Sequence record: NZ_CP069678.1
DNA: 64,000 nucleotides
Reading direction: 5' to 3' (one strand)
From: a plasmid
Below are positions 44,249 to 53,336 of this stretch, piece by piece. The translations under genes were made by a program, and so were the position numbers. Each line of letters starts with the position of its first letter. The first letter of the stretch is position 1. The notes under the pieces are model-generated. The model saw nothing but the letters and a program-made list of their open reading frames with translations. It did no database searches and had not been told where the DNA came from.

Positions 44249-45068
44249 GGCACTGTTGCAAAGTTAGCGATGAGGCAGCCTTTTGTCTTATTCAAAGGCC
44301 TTACATTTCAAAAACTCTGCTTACCAGGCGCATTTCGCCCAGGGGATCACCATAATAAAATGCTGAGGCCTGGCCTTTGCGTAGTGCACGCATCACCTCA
44401 ATACCTTTGATGGTGGCGTAAGCCGTCTTCATGGATTTAAATCCCAGCGTGGCGCCGATTATCCGTTTCAGTTTGCCATGATCGCATTCAATCACGTTGT
44501 TCCGGTACTTAATCTGTCGGTGTTCAACGTCAGACGGGCACCGGCCTTCGCGTTTGAGCAGAGCAAGCGCGCGACCATAGGCGGGCGCTTTATCCGTGTT
44601 GATGAATCGCGGGATCTGCCACTTCTTCACGTTGTTGAGGATTTTACCCAGAAACCGGTATGCAGCTTTGCTGTTACGACGGGAGGAGAGATAAAAATCG
44701 ACAGTGCGGCCCCGGCTGTCGACGGCCCGGTACAGATACGCCCAGCGGCCATTGACCTTCACGTAGGTTTCATCCATGTGCCACGGGCAAAGATCGGAAG
44801 GGTTACGCCAGTACCAGCGCAGCCGTTTTTCCATTTCAGGCGCATAACGCTGAACCCAGCGGTAAATCGTGGAGTGATCGACATTCACTCCGCGTTCAGC
44901 CAGCATCTCCTGCAGCTCACGGTAACTGATGCCGTATTTGCAGTACCAGCGTACGGCCCACAGAATGATGTCACGCTGAAAATGCCGGCCTTTGAATGGG
45001 TTCATGTGCAGCTCCATCAGCAAAAGGGGATGATAAGTTTATCACCACCGACTATTTGCAACAGTGCC
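44249..45068 (-). mobile_element. IS26 copy 2 (820 bp), inverted relative to copy 1; flanks CCTGGAAG / CTCTCAAC, no TSD
   Basis: Exact IS26 ends. Confidence 0.95.
44301..45005 (-). CDS. tnp26: IS26 transposase Tnp26 (234 aa)
   Basis: Identical protein to the 28140-28844 copy. Confidence 0.95.
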   Translation of the reverse strand: MNPFKGRHFQRDIILWAVRWYCKYGISYRELQEMLAERGVNVDHSTIYRWVQRYAPEMEKRLRWYWRNPSDLCPWHMDETYVKVNGRWAYLYRAVDSRGRTVDFYLSSRRNSKAAYRFLGKILNNVKKWQIPRFINTDKAPAYGRALALLKREGRCPSDVEHRQIKYRNNVIECDHGKLKRIIGATLGFKSMKTAYATIKGIEVMRALRKGQASAFYYGDPLGEMRLVSRVFEM

Positions 45069-45218
45069 CTCTCAACAGTTCGCTTAGGCATGGAAGTTTT
45101 GCGGCATTCTGGCTACACAATAACAAGGGAAGACTTACTCGTGGCTGCAACCCTACTAGCTCAAAATTTATTCACACATGGTTACGCTTTGGGGAAATTA
45201 TGAGGGGATCTCTCAGGG
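45069..45218 (+). mobile_element. IS10 remnant (3' 150 bp including inside-end terminus), cut by IS26
   Basis: Encodes the transposase C-terminus …LSTVRLGMEVLRHSGYTITREDLLVAATLLAQNLFTHGYALGKL and ends …ggggatctctcag. Differs from the intact copy at 14167-15495 by about 5 SNPs. Confidence 0.85.
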
Positions 45219-45362
45219 CTGCGCTTGGAATTCGGAAAATAAACCACATCAAAACTACTTTTTAGCCAAATAACGTTTGGGAATCACCAGAATGGTGGGA
45301 CAACAGCGGTTTTAGTGCCCTAAATCGTACGTTTTCATCCAGTTGCCCCTCAAACCCCATGT

Positions 45363-45695
45363 TCAAGTCAGAATAGTGGACAGGCGGCCAAGAACTTCGT
45401 TCATGATAGTCTCCGGAACCCGTTCGAGTCGTTTTCCGCCCCGTGCTTTCATATCAATTGTCCGGGGTTGATCGCAACGTACAACACCTGTGGTACGTAT
45501 GCCAACACCATCCAACGACACCGCAAAGCCGGCAGTGCGGGCAAAATTGCCTCCGCTGGTTACGGGCACAACAACAGGCAGGCGGGTCACGCGATTAAAG
45601 GCCGCCGGTGTGACAATCAGCACCGGCCGCGTTCCCTGCTGCTCATGACCTGCGGTAGGATCAAGCGAGACAAGCCAGATTTCCCCTCTTTCCAT
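45363..45695 (-). CDS. pemK: PemK/Kid (MazF-family) endoribonuclease toxin (110 aa; an alternative 133-aa start MLKYQ… at 45764 overlaps pemI)
   Basis: MERGEIWLVSLDPTAGHEQQGTRPVLIVTPAAFNRVTRLPVVVPVTSG…. Confidence 0.9.
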   Translation of the reverse strand: MERGEIWLVSLDPTAGHEQQGTRPVLIVTPAAFNRVTRLPVVVPVTSGGNFARTAGFAVSLDGVGIRTTGVVRCDQPRTIDMKARGGKRLERVPETIMNEVLGRLSTILT

Positions 45696-45696
45696 G

Positions 45697-45954
45697 TCAG
45701 ATTTCCTCCTGACCAGTCGCCGGTGCATCCAGCCATTCTCGTTCTTCAGCTGATATTTCAGCATTCGGATCACACTGTGCCAGTAGCTCAGCCAGTGAAT
45801 ATTGCGGGCGTCTGTACGGCTCAACAATCAGCCGGCCATTATCAATGACCATGCCAACTTCATTATCTGTGCCCAGAGACAGCGCATTCAGCAGTGCCGG
45901 TGGGACGGTCAGCATAACTGAGCCGCCAACCCTCTTCAGTCGGGTGGTATGCAT
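45697..45954 (-). CDS. pemI: PemI/Kis antitoxin (85 aa)
   Basis: MHTTRLKRVGGSVMLTVPPALLNALSLGTDNEVGMVIDNGRLIVEPY… Immediately upstream of pemK. Confidence 0.9.
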   Translation of the reverse strand: MHTTRLKRVGGSVMLTVPPALLNALSLGTDNEVGMVIDNGRLIVEPYRRPQYSLAELLAQCDPNAEISAEEREWLDAPATGQEEI

Positions 45955-46046
45955 TCTTCACCTCCATAAAAGTTATATTTAAATATAACATCCACTAAAA
46001 AAACACACCAGGCTTTAACGCACAATGTTTAATAAAAATATAACTT

Positions 46047-46700
46047 TCAACCAAACAGTAAACCCAGCGTGGTTGCTTCCATATGCAGCAATACCGGCAG
46101 CAGCAGGCCACCACTTCTGATCCTGGCCACTGATGTAATCAACCCCACCAGGAACAGTTCTGCCAGTGTCAGCAGGTTCTGATACTGGCTGTGCGCGGCG
46201 ACGAACAACAACGACGTTATCAGCGCCCCCAGCCACATCGTCCAGCAGTACCGTGAACGGAAGACGTTCAGCATAATCCCCCGGAACAGCGTTTCCTCAT
46301 TCAACGGGGCAAGGATAAAGATGGTCAGCAACGTCAGGATCACGTCAGGTATGGACTTATCGGCAAAAAGTTTCGTCATAAATGGCTCAGCAGGCAGAGC
46401 CAGCGCCTTACCGAGCAGAAATACACCGACATACACCACGGCCATCGCACCGACCAGCCACGGTACGCCAACGTTGCGCAGCTGACCAACGACCGGTAGC
46501 GGAGCTATCCAACGGCGGTATACCAGGAAAACACACAGCAGGTACATCAGAACAGTACCATGACTGAAGAACAAATAGTTTTTTCCTGATCCATAAAGCA
46601 GAACGGCCTGCTCCATGACAAATCTGGCTCCCCAACTAATGCCCCATGCAGCCAGCATAACCAGCATAAACTGCAGATATTGATTACGTGTTTGAATCAT
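46047..46700 (-). CDS. CPBP-family (CAAX/Abi-type) intramembrane metalloprotease
   Basis: 217-aa multi-TM protein with the EExxxR motif (NEETLFRG) and a conserved His (FVAAHS). Standard IncFII neighbour of oriR. Confidence 0.75.
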   Translation of the reverse strand: MIQTRNQYLQFMLVMLAAWGISWGARFVMEQAVLLYGSGKNYLFFSHGTVLMYLLCVFLVYRRWIAPLPVVGQLRNVGVPWLVGAMAVVYVGVFLLGKALALPAEPFMTKLFADKSIPDVILTLLTIFILAPLNEETLFRGIMLNVFRSRYCWTMWLGALITSLLFVAAHSQYQNLLTLAELFLVGLITSVARIRSGGLLLPVLLHMEATTLGLLFG

Positions 46701-46719
46701 TGCATCGCCTGTAAATTTT

Positions 46720-47638
46720 TAACTTGTCCTATTTTTGTCATTACCACGTATATACACATGTATAACAATTCAGATATCGTTACCAGGATATGCCGCATCA
46801 GCGGCATGGAAGGCGGCACTCTGTTGTTTCATATGATACAGGAGTAAAACCGCCGAAGCCCGGCGTAAGCCGGTACTGATTGATAGATTTCACCTTACCC
46901 ATCCCCAGCCCTGCCAGACCATACCCGCTTTCAGCCATGAGAGAGCTTCTGTGCGCGGTCGGAGTGGTCCCGACGAGGGTTTACCCGAAGTCGGGGCGTA
47001 TCTCCGCGTTAGCGGGCCGTGAGGGCCGCTTACGAGCGTGTACTGAGAACTTCCAGCGAGAAGACTGACAGCGATGAAGATGTAGTTACAACATTCATAA
47101 TTAAAAGCGACTCTGTTCCGGCCCTTTGGGCCGGGGCGGGGCCGCTTTTCAGTTATGAGGGAGGGGCTTTGTGGTTTCGGTTCTGCGCTGGACCGGGGTT
47201 TTTCTGGAGGTTGTTTTTGTGTGTTGTAACTAAAGTGGCTCCGGTCGGGGCCCGCCGCTTGCGGTGGGAGGTGCATATCTGTCTGTCCACAGGACAGGCA
47301 GTGAATAGGTTTTCTTTTTAAATGAATGTAATTAAGTAGTTTAAAGGAGATATAAACAGGTGTTTAAAAGATACATTGCACCCTGTAAGACTGGCGGCTG
47401 GCGCTTTATGGCATGAACGGTTGTAACCTTATGGGGAAGTCCATTGCAGTTAAATGTGGATAAGCAAAATTCCCCGTCTGTGAGGCGTGTTTTGTATCAA
47501 AAACAGGGGGGGCCAGATGCACCAGAAGGTGGATGATGAGGTTGTTTTTTGTATGAGGTGCTGCTTTTTTGTTCGCTGGCAGGCTTCAGGCGTGCGAATG
47601 CCTCCGGTGCGGGCCGGATTATTCAGAAGAGGTCACTT
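46720..47638. other. RepFIIA origin region (oriR, repA4-like sequences) downstream of repA1
   Basis: Non-coding stretch directly 3' of repA1, with IncFII-origin-like sequence as recalled for R100 (…ggtaacgatatctgaattgttatacatgtgtatatacgtggtaatgac…). Exact oriR limits not determined. Confidence 0.55.
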
Positions 47639-48496
47639 TCAGGGGGAAGCTGTGGCCAGCCGGCTGTAATTACGGTTACGTGACAGAATCATGCGCTCTT
47701 TCACACGACGCTCCACTTCGCGTTTTACCGCCTCACGATTGGCAGTGAAGCGCCCTTCCGAGATTTCACGCGTCAGCTGCCGTTTCACCAGGGTGACGAT
47801 ATCCTGACGTTCCCTGTTCGCATCACGACGCGCACGGGCACGCTTTATTCCACGGGACTTAAGCTCTGTCTGGTAACTGCGGAAACGCTCACGCACAAAA
47901 CGCCAGGCTTTCGCTATCAGTTCATCCATACCCAGGGTATCCAGCCCCTGCTTTTTGCGCTGTCTGTTTTCCCATTCAACACGACTGCGGCGCGCAGCAA
48001 CCACTGCATCCTCAGACACATCAAGGGCGGCAAATAACGCCGGTGTGAACGTGATATCGGTCGGAATGTAGCACCCGATAAGCGGATCATATTCCGTCTG
48101 GTAGGTAATCAGTCCCAGCTCTGCAAGGAACGTCAAGGCTCGGGAGGCCCGGGTGATGGAGAGTTTTCCGGCAGCAGACTCCGTCGCCAGTCCGCACTCA
48201 ATGGCCAGCGTAGTGATGGAGCACTGGACGCGGTTGGCCAGCGGGTCATAGTGAAAACACAGCCCCTGCAGCAGCGCATCAATAGCCCGGCGACGCAGTA
48301 CCGGTGGCATGCGCCGACGCAGTCCCTTCGAACGGGCATGTGCCACATGAATGGCGAAATCAAAACGGGAGGTGAAGCCCACCGCCTTTTCCATCAGTTT
48401 TTCGCAGAACTTCAGCGTTCCGGCACCTTCACGGGGTGTGAACACCGGATTCGGATTTTTAACCTGTGAATAGTATTTTTGAAGGAGATCAGCCAT
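47639..48496 (-). CDS. repA1: IncFII replication initiator RepA1 (285 aa)
   Basis: [56 protein letters not shown]… Close homologue of R100 RepA1 with a variant N-terminus. Confidence 0.92.
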   Translation of the reverse strand: MADLLQKYYSQVKNPNPVFTPREGAGTLKFCEKLMEKAVGFTSRFDFAIHVAHARSKGLRRRMPPVLRRRAIDALLQGLCFHYDPLANRVQCSITTLAIECGLATESAAGKLSITRASRALTFLAELGLITYQTEYDPLIGCYIPTDITFTPALFAALDVSEDAVVAARRSRVEWENRQRKKQGLDTLGMDELIAKAWRFVRERFRSYQTELKSRGIKRARARRDANRERQDIVTLVKRQLTREISEGRFTANREAVKREVERRVKERMILSRNRNYSRLATASP

Positions 48497-48983
48497 GTCC
48501 CCCTCCAACACTATTCCCCCTCCTACGGGCGGTAACTAGCTCGTCTGGGCCGACACGTAAAGTTTCGAACATATCTGGTCTGAACCAGATGGTTCCTCCA
48601 TCAAAAGCGATGAGATGAAGATCATTATCAAGAGTTTTGAGGGCTCTCCAAACACGAGTGTATGAACCTCCACTACAAACTGAAAGCTCTTTAACAGATA
48701 AGTTAACTTTGTTCGTATCAGGGATGTAGTGTGCGCACATTACTTGTACGAGGGAAACATAAAAACTAACCATCGACGCGCTGATTTTATTTTTACGTTT
48801 GCCATGCGCTATTGCAAGCAAACCTCTGATGAAGATCAGATGCTTGAAGGAGTCAAAATGAGCCCTTTTCTGGAGAAGGCTGCAAAACGGGTGAGGATAC
48901 TTGCTGGAATCAATGTGAAGATCTGATTCAATCCCACCCGCTATTACTGAATGTGTTTCATGATTAGCCACACCATCCTGCAC
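48489..48983 (-). CDS. Truncated, divergent RepA1-like N-terminal paralogue ORF (~160 aa) between tap and repA1; its stop overlaps the repA1 start (ATGGCTGA)
   Basis: Homology to the RepA1 N-terminal half as recalled ([28 protein letters not shown] against [44 protein letters not shown] against [16 protein letters not shown]). A GTG at 48971 overlaps the tap stop (GTGGCTAAT), in the same geometry as the R100 tap/repA1 junction as recalled. Confidence 0.45.
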   Translation of the reverse strand: MQDGVANHETHSVIAGGIESDLHIDSSKYPHPFCSLLQKRAHFDSFKHLIFIRGLLAIAHGKRKNKISASMVSFYVSLVQVMCAHYIPDTNKVNLSVKELSVCSGGSYTRVWRALKTLDNDLHLIAFDGGTIWFRPDMFETLRVGPDELVTARRRGNSVGGGHG

Positions 48984-49038
48984 TTACAATGCACAGAAGG
49001 AGTGAGCACAGAAAGAAGTCTTGAACTTTTCCGGGCAT
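48964..49038 (-). CDS. tap: Leader peptide Tap (RepA6), 24 aa
   Basis: [24 protein letters not shown], matching the R100 tap reading frame as recalled. Confidence 0.6.
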   Translation of the reverse strand: MPGKVQDFFLCSLLLCIVSAGWCG

Positions 49039-49054
49039 ATAACTATACTCCCCG

Positions 49055-49146
49055 CATAGCTGAATTGTTGGCTATGCGGTTTTATGGGGCCCCGGTAATC
49101 TTTCTAGTCGCCAAACTTGAAGAAGATTATCGGGGTTTTCGCTTTT
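49055..49146 (+). ncRNA. copA: CopA antisense RNA (copy-number control), approximate limits
   Basis: Antisense to the repA1 leader. The 3' stem-loop plus U-tract (gccaaacttgaagaagattatcggggttttcgcttttctggc) matches the CopA terminator of R1/R100 as recalled. Confidence 0.55.
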
Positions 49147-49269
49147 CTGGCTCCTGTAAATCCACATCAGAACCAGTTCCCTGCCACCTTACGGCGTGGC
49201 CAGCCACAAAATTCCTTAAACGATCAGCAATCTACCACTCACTCCTGAGATAAGCAAGAATGTGAATAT

Positions 49270-49527
49270 TTACGAAGTCGCTCTGCGTTTCAGCTCTGAT
49301 TCAATCAGTTTTTCAAGCATCTGCGCCTGAGTAATACCTTCCTCATCCGCCAGTTCACTCAGCCTGTCTTTTAACCGGGCCTGAATAACCGCATGAAAAG
49401 CCTTATGAGTGTTGCTTCTGCGAGCCAGAGAAGCTCTTTGCCTCTCTCTGGCCGGAACAGGGTTACCTTTCCGGTATGTACGCTTGGTGCCTGATGAGGA
49501 AGTCACTGCATTTTCTGTCTGCGACAT
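49270..49527 (-). CDS. repA2: RepA2 / CopB transcriptional repressor of repA1 (85 aa)
   Basis: [11 protein letters not shown]… small RHH-like protein upstream of copA/tap/repA1. Confidence 0.88.
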   Translation of the reverse strand: MSQTENAVTSSSGTKRTYRKGNPVPARERQRASLARRSNTHKAFHAVIQARLKDRLSELADEEGITQAQMLEKLIESELKRRATS

Positions 49528-49810
49528 CTCGCCTCCTCAATTCTCAAACAGGGATCGTTTCGCAGAGAATACTACAGTTTTTTGAAATCAGCGACTTGAA
49601 AGTTGTGACGATGATCTGTGTTGGCGCACAAATCATGTCTGATTACGACCGTTTAATGTGATTTTGATAATGAAATGACTGAAAAGCTGGAAATGCCTTA
49701 GCCAGGGTGCCGGCCCCGGGCGGGACCGGCTGTTTCTGGTATATAGGGTGTCTGCCCCTGAAATACCTCACACTTCCGGAAAGCGGGGACTTCCGTCCCC
49801 GCCCGGCAGC

Positions 49811-50017
49811 TTACTTCCGTGCTTCGTAGGCCAGAGTTACCTGCACCACTGTATTTCCTCTGTGAATATTCAGCTCACATAACCGTTCCCTGAATATCAG
49901 TGAAAAACACAACACCGTGGCGCACACGGCGAGCAACCCGATAAGGGCATATTTCGTCATAAACTTTGACCTCTCAGCAAAGAAGAGGCTACAATCAGTA
50001 GTGTTAAGGTACTTCAT
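49811..50017 (-). CDS. srnB: SrnB (Hok/Gef-family membrane toxin, 68 aa) of a type I toxin-antitoxin system
   Basis: MKYLNTTDCSLFFAERSKFMTKYALIGLLAVCATVLCFSLIFRERLCELNIHRGNTVVQVTLAYEARK, matching F-plasmid SrnB as recalled. The overlapping longer frame is a possible mok-like frame. Confidence 0.8.
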   Translation of the reverse strand: MKYLNTTDCSLFFAERSKFMTKYALIGLLAVCATVLCFSLIFRERLCELNIHRGNTVVQVTLAYEARK

Positions 50018-50289
50018 GCAGACCTCACGAGTTAATGGATTAACGAGTGGGGTCTTCGCATTTCTGGTACCTGCGTCTTGCCTGAACCAGAAAGGCTCAA
50101 ACACCCGCCGCGATAATACCACATTCCCTGTTGCTGACTATTACCCCCATTTGCCTGTTTTTGTTACAAAAACGCCGGGAGCGGGGGAAAACTTACTTTT
50201 TCCCGTTTCCGGGGGGGACAACTGAGCATTGCGAACGCGTCAGCTACGATGTTCCGGTGATTGCTGATCAGCCCCTGTTGTATTCATAA

Positions 50290-50394
50290 ACTAATTAACA
50301 TTCATTCTGTCTGGTGCATAAATCTGCCCGTGAACATCTGCAGACAATACCGGCCATGAAAAGATAAATAATACCAGTGGAATATATTTCCTCA
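50290..50394 (-). CDS. Small ORF, 34 aa with signal-peptide-like N-terminus
   Basis: MRKYIPLVLFIFSWPVLSADVHGQIYAPDRMNVN, preceded by GGAG 7 nt upstream. Not in the ORF track (<60 aa). Confidence 0.3.
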
Positions 50395-50600
50395 TGTTAT
50401 TCTCCATATCAGATAAATGGCACCTGTATTTCAGCCCCCCTGAATATCGCAGCACACATTGAATAAGACCTTATTTTGTGAAATTAATCACAAAATATAA
50501 AATCGCGACTTAATACGGAAAAAACTCTGTGCTACTCAGAACTGGCCGGTCATACTGCCCGACCGGATATTAAAAAAAGCAAATCTCATAAACTCCTTTC

Positions 50601-50640
50601 AGCCTTCTGACTCCTGGAGTAATGAAGGCTGCTTTTTTCG
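50601..50640 (+). terminator. Rho-independent-terminator-like hairpin (cagccttc…gaaggctg plus CTTTTTT)
   Basis: Stem-loop followed by a T-run on the + strand, in the non-coding region between srnB and finO. Confidence 0.4.
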
Positions 50641-50853
50641 TTACACCCTTCCCCGGCAGCGCCGGTGGCAGTGTTCAGCCCTTTTCCGGGCAAACTGTTG
50701 CCAGTCTGTCCGGGGAGCTATGCAGGCAGCCCGTCGCCATGCTTCTGCCGCTTCCATCCAGCGTCCACTGACCTCCAGAATAACGGCCCGCCCGCCGGCA
50801 CGCTGGTAACGCCAGACCTGACCGTTCCGTGAACTGTTTCTGAATCCATTCAT
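50641..50853 (-). CDS. Hypothetical protein (70 aa), finO-distal IncF backbone ORF
   Basis: Arg/Trp-rich basic ORF. Position conserved-looking but no family assigned. Confidence 0.35.
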   Translation of the reverse strand: MNGFRNSSRNGQVWRYQRAGGRAVILEVSGRWMEAAEAWRRAACIAPRTDWQQFARKRAEHCHRRCRGRV

Positions 50854-50988
50854 TTTTCTGCTCCTCCCTTTTAGTCGTCAGTATTATTGTGGTAAATAAT
50901 TCAGTGGACTGGCTTCCTTTCGGGTACGGAAGTTATTTCCTTTTAAGCCTTATTGTTTCAGCCTCCCCGGTTTCCGGGGAGGCTTTTT

Positions 50989-51549
50989 TTATTTCCCATC
51001 AAGCACGGCCTGAAGTTCTGCCTTTGTCCGGTTCTGGCGGCGAATTTTCTCCAAACGCCCTGCCGCATACGCTTCCTCCTCCTGAGAAATATGCTCCGTC
51101 ACATACCCTTCCGTGTCATACCGGCAGGCACCGGCTTTCATGGCACACAGATAGCTTTCTGAACGGGTGATGGCCTTCAGCGCCCGGCGCAGTTTTTTAT
51201 GCGAGAGCGGGATATTCCGCTGCGCCACGTCTTCCAGTAACACGTCCCGGATACCGCAGGCCAGAAGCCGGGGCGTGTTACCGTCAAACAATCCCGGCCA
51301 CCAGGGTTTCAGAGTGTTCACCGCCTCATCCAGCGAGGGCAGCGTCAGATAAATGGACAGCGCCTGTCTGGCCTGTGCTTTCTTCGCCGCCAGCTCTGCT
51401 TCCCGGGCAGCCTTCTCCGCCAGTTTCTGCTTTTTCACCTTCCATTTTGGTGGCGTGGTGACATTGATGATGGTTTTCCGGCTCCGGGTCGGTGTTTCCC
51501 CTTCCGTTTTCCGTTTCAGTGTCAGTACCGGTCGTTTCTGCTCTGTCAT
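50989..51549 (-). CDS. finO: Fertility inhibition protein FinO (186 aa), intact
   Basis: [59 protein letters not shown]… RNA chaperone. Confidence 0.93.
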   Translation of the reverse strand: MTEQKRPVLTLKRKTEGETPTRSRKTIINVTTPPKWKVKKQKLAEKAAREAELAAKKAQARQALSIYLTLPSLDEAVNTLKPWWPGLFDGNTPRLLACGIRDVLLEDVAQRNIPLSHKKLRRALKAITRSESYLCAMKAGACRYDTEGYVTEHISQEEEAYAAGRLEKIRRQNRTKAELQAVLDGK

Positions 51550-51651
51550 GATTGCCCTGACCTTTGTGAAAATATGTCCTCCAGGTCGTTGAAACTACTC
51601 ACTATGATATTAAGCTGACCTCAACGACCTCTGACATATTAATACCGACAA

Positions 51652-52512
51652 TTAAAGATGTTTTTTAAACCATTGCGTCTGTACTGCCGCCACACGTTCA
51701 AAAAACGCGCCTTTATAAATATCATAATGGCATGCGTCAGCTTCCTCGTATAATTCCTTAGTACCAGAAGCAACAGCATCATATAAGGCTCTTCCCTGTT
51801 CTGGTGGATTAACACTATCCTGGCCGGCAATAACAACCAAAACTGGGCACTGTACTTTGGCTGCGCTCTCTGCCGGTTTATATTGCAACGTCTCCATAAC
51901 CGTAAGGAAAGGTATTTTTATATCCATTTCAGGATACTGACCTTTTACCTTCTCGAAGAATACCTTTGATTCATTATCACTCAGTACCCGGGTAACCCCC
52001 ACAAACATCTCTTTCCCGGTATTTTTCTTCTTTTCTGCCATTTTATTCAGCGTGGACAGAAAAGAAGCTTTCTCCAGTTCATTCATTTCTCCGGTAACCA
52101 GAACCTCACCGTCAGCAAAAGCCAGCTGGCTGACAATACATTTTACGCGTTGGTCCTGCGCAGCTGCACTGAAGACATGCCCCCCTCCCAGCGATGTTCC
52201 CCATAACCCAATACGCTGATTATCAATACATACCTGCTTTTCTGCCCAATTGATAACTGAAATAATATCTTCGGTCTGCATTGCCGGAACCAGACGACCT
52301 CGTTCCCCTTCACTCTCACCGAATCCACGATAATCAAAAGTAATCGTTGCAAACCCGGCTTCTGTAAACGCATTCGCAAAGGAAGGCAGCAGAACATTCC
52401 GGATACCGCAAAATCCATGGCATAAGAGAATCAAAGGATGTTTTATATTTCCTTCCGGGACACGAAATGTCAGGGCAATACCTTCAGGGAGTTTGTGATC
52501 CGTAATTTTCAT
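51652..52512 (-). CDS. Alpha/beta-fold hydrolase (dienelactone hydrolase-like), tra-distal ORF
   Basis: 286-aa ORF with HGFCG and GTSLGG nucleophile-elbow motifs. Sits between traX and finO as in IncF plasmids. Confidence 0.8.
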   Translation of the reverse strand: MKITDHKLPEGIALTFRVPEGNIKHPLILLCHGFCGIRNVLLPSFANAFTEAGFATITFDYRGFGESEGERGRLVPAMQTEDIISVINWAEKQVCIDNQRIGLWGTSLGGGHVFSAAAQDQRVKCIVSQLAFADGEVLVTGEMNELEKASFLSTLNKMAEKKKNTGKEMFVGVTRVLSDNESKVFFEKVKGQYPEMDIKIPFLTVMETLQYKPAESAAKVQCPVLVVIAGQDSVNPPEQGRALYDAVASGTKELYEEADACHYDIYKGAFFERVAAVQTQWFKKHL

Positions 52513-52570
52513 AAATATCCTGTGTTATGTTGTTTATTAATAAGCAGAATCAGCGCCAGCATCATACCAG

Positions 52571-53317
52571 TCACACAGCCAGAACGCCCAGCACAGTAAG
52601 ATGACAGGCATAGAACGTCGGGAAAAAATCCCCGTACCAGAAACGGGGTAGTGATTTCCCTGTACAGGACACCAGACCAACAGTCAGCACCGTCATCACA
52701 AGGCCGGCCACCGCCGCTGCATCACTGGTGGCAAGGTTAAGCGCCGGAATAACAGCCAGCAGGCAGGCGACCAGCGCCAGACGTTCCATTCTGTCTTCCG
52801 CCCGGTACAGCCTGTGGCTGACTGCCAGCATCAGCAGCCCGGCAATGCCGTAACTGGTGCCGGAGAAAGGCAACCACATTGCCAGAAGCAACATGGTCTC
52901 TGCGGAACGCCACCAGGTGCGCGTTTCACACCATGTCAGCACCTGTGCCGCAACTGCAAAGGCAAACAGGATATTCCCCTCATACCAGGGAAAGCCGGCC
53001 AGATAATATGCGAACTGGGCAATCACCGCCCATCCCCACAGCCGGTTAATGGCCTCCTGCCGGATATGCGTATGACGGGACAGATTCAGCCCCCACACCA
53101 GGGCAAACAGCGGAAAGGCCCCACGCCCGACCAGAAACATCCACGACTGGTCCAGATGCAGAATGCGGTTTGCATGGTCCAGAACCATCAGCACCAGTGC
53201 CACCGTTTTGATGATATCCCGCTGTCCGGGTGACCAGACCAGCAACGACTGCAACCAGGTATCGGTCCGGGCAGCCAGTGAATCATTACGTGTTGTGTTC
53301 GTGTTATCCGTTGTCAT
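52571..53317 (-). CDS. traX: F-pilin N-acetylase TraX (248 aa)
   Basis: MTTDNTNTTRNDSLAARTDTWLQSLLVWSPGQRDIIKTVALVLMVLDHANR… polytopic membrane protein. Confidence 0.92.
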   Translation of the reverse strand: MTTDNTNTTRNDSLAARTDTWLQSLLVWSPGQRDIIKTVALVLMVLDHANRILHLDQSWMFLVGRGAFPLFALVWGLNLSRHTHIRQEAINRLWGWAVIAQFAYYLAGFPWYEGNILFAFAVAAQVLTWCETRTWWRSAETMLLLAMWLPFSGTSYGIAGLLMLAVSHRLYRAEDRMERLALVACLLAVIPALNLATSDAAAVAGLVMTVLTVGLVSCTGKSLPRFWYGDFFPTFYACHLTVLGVLAV

Positions 53318-53336
53318 CAGCGTTTATCTTCCTGTG

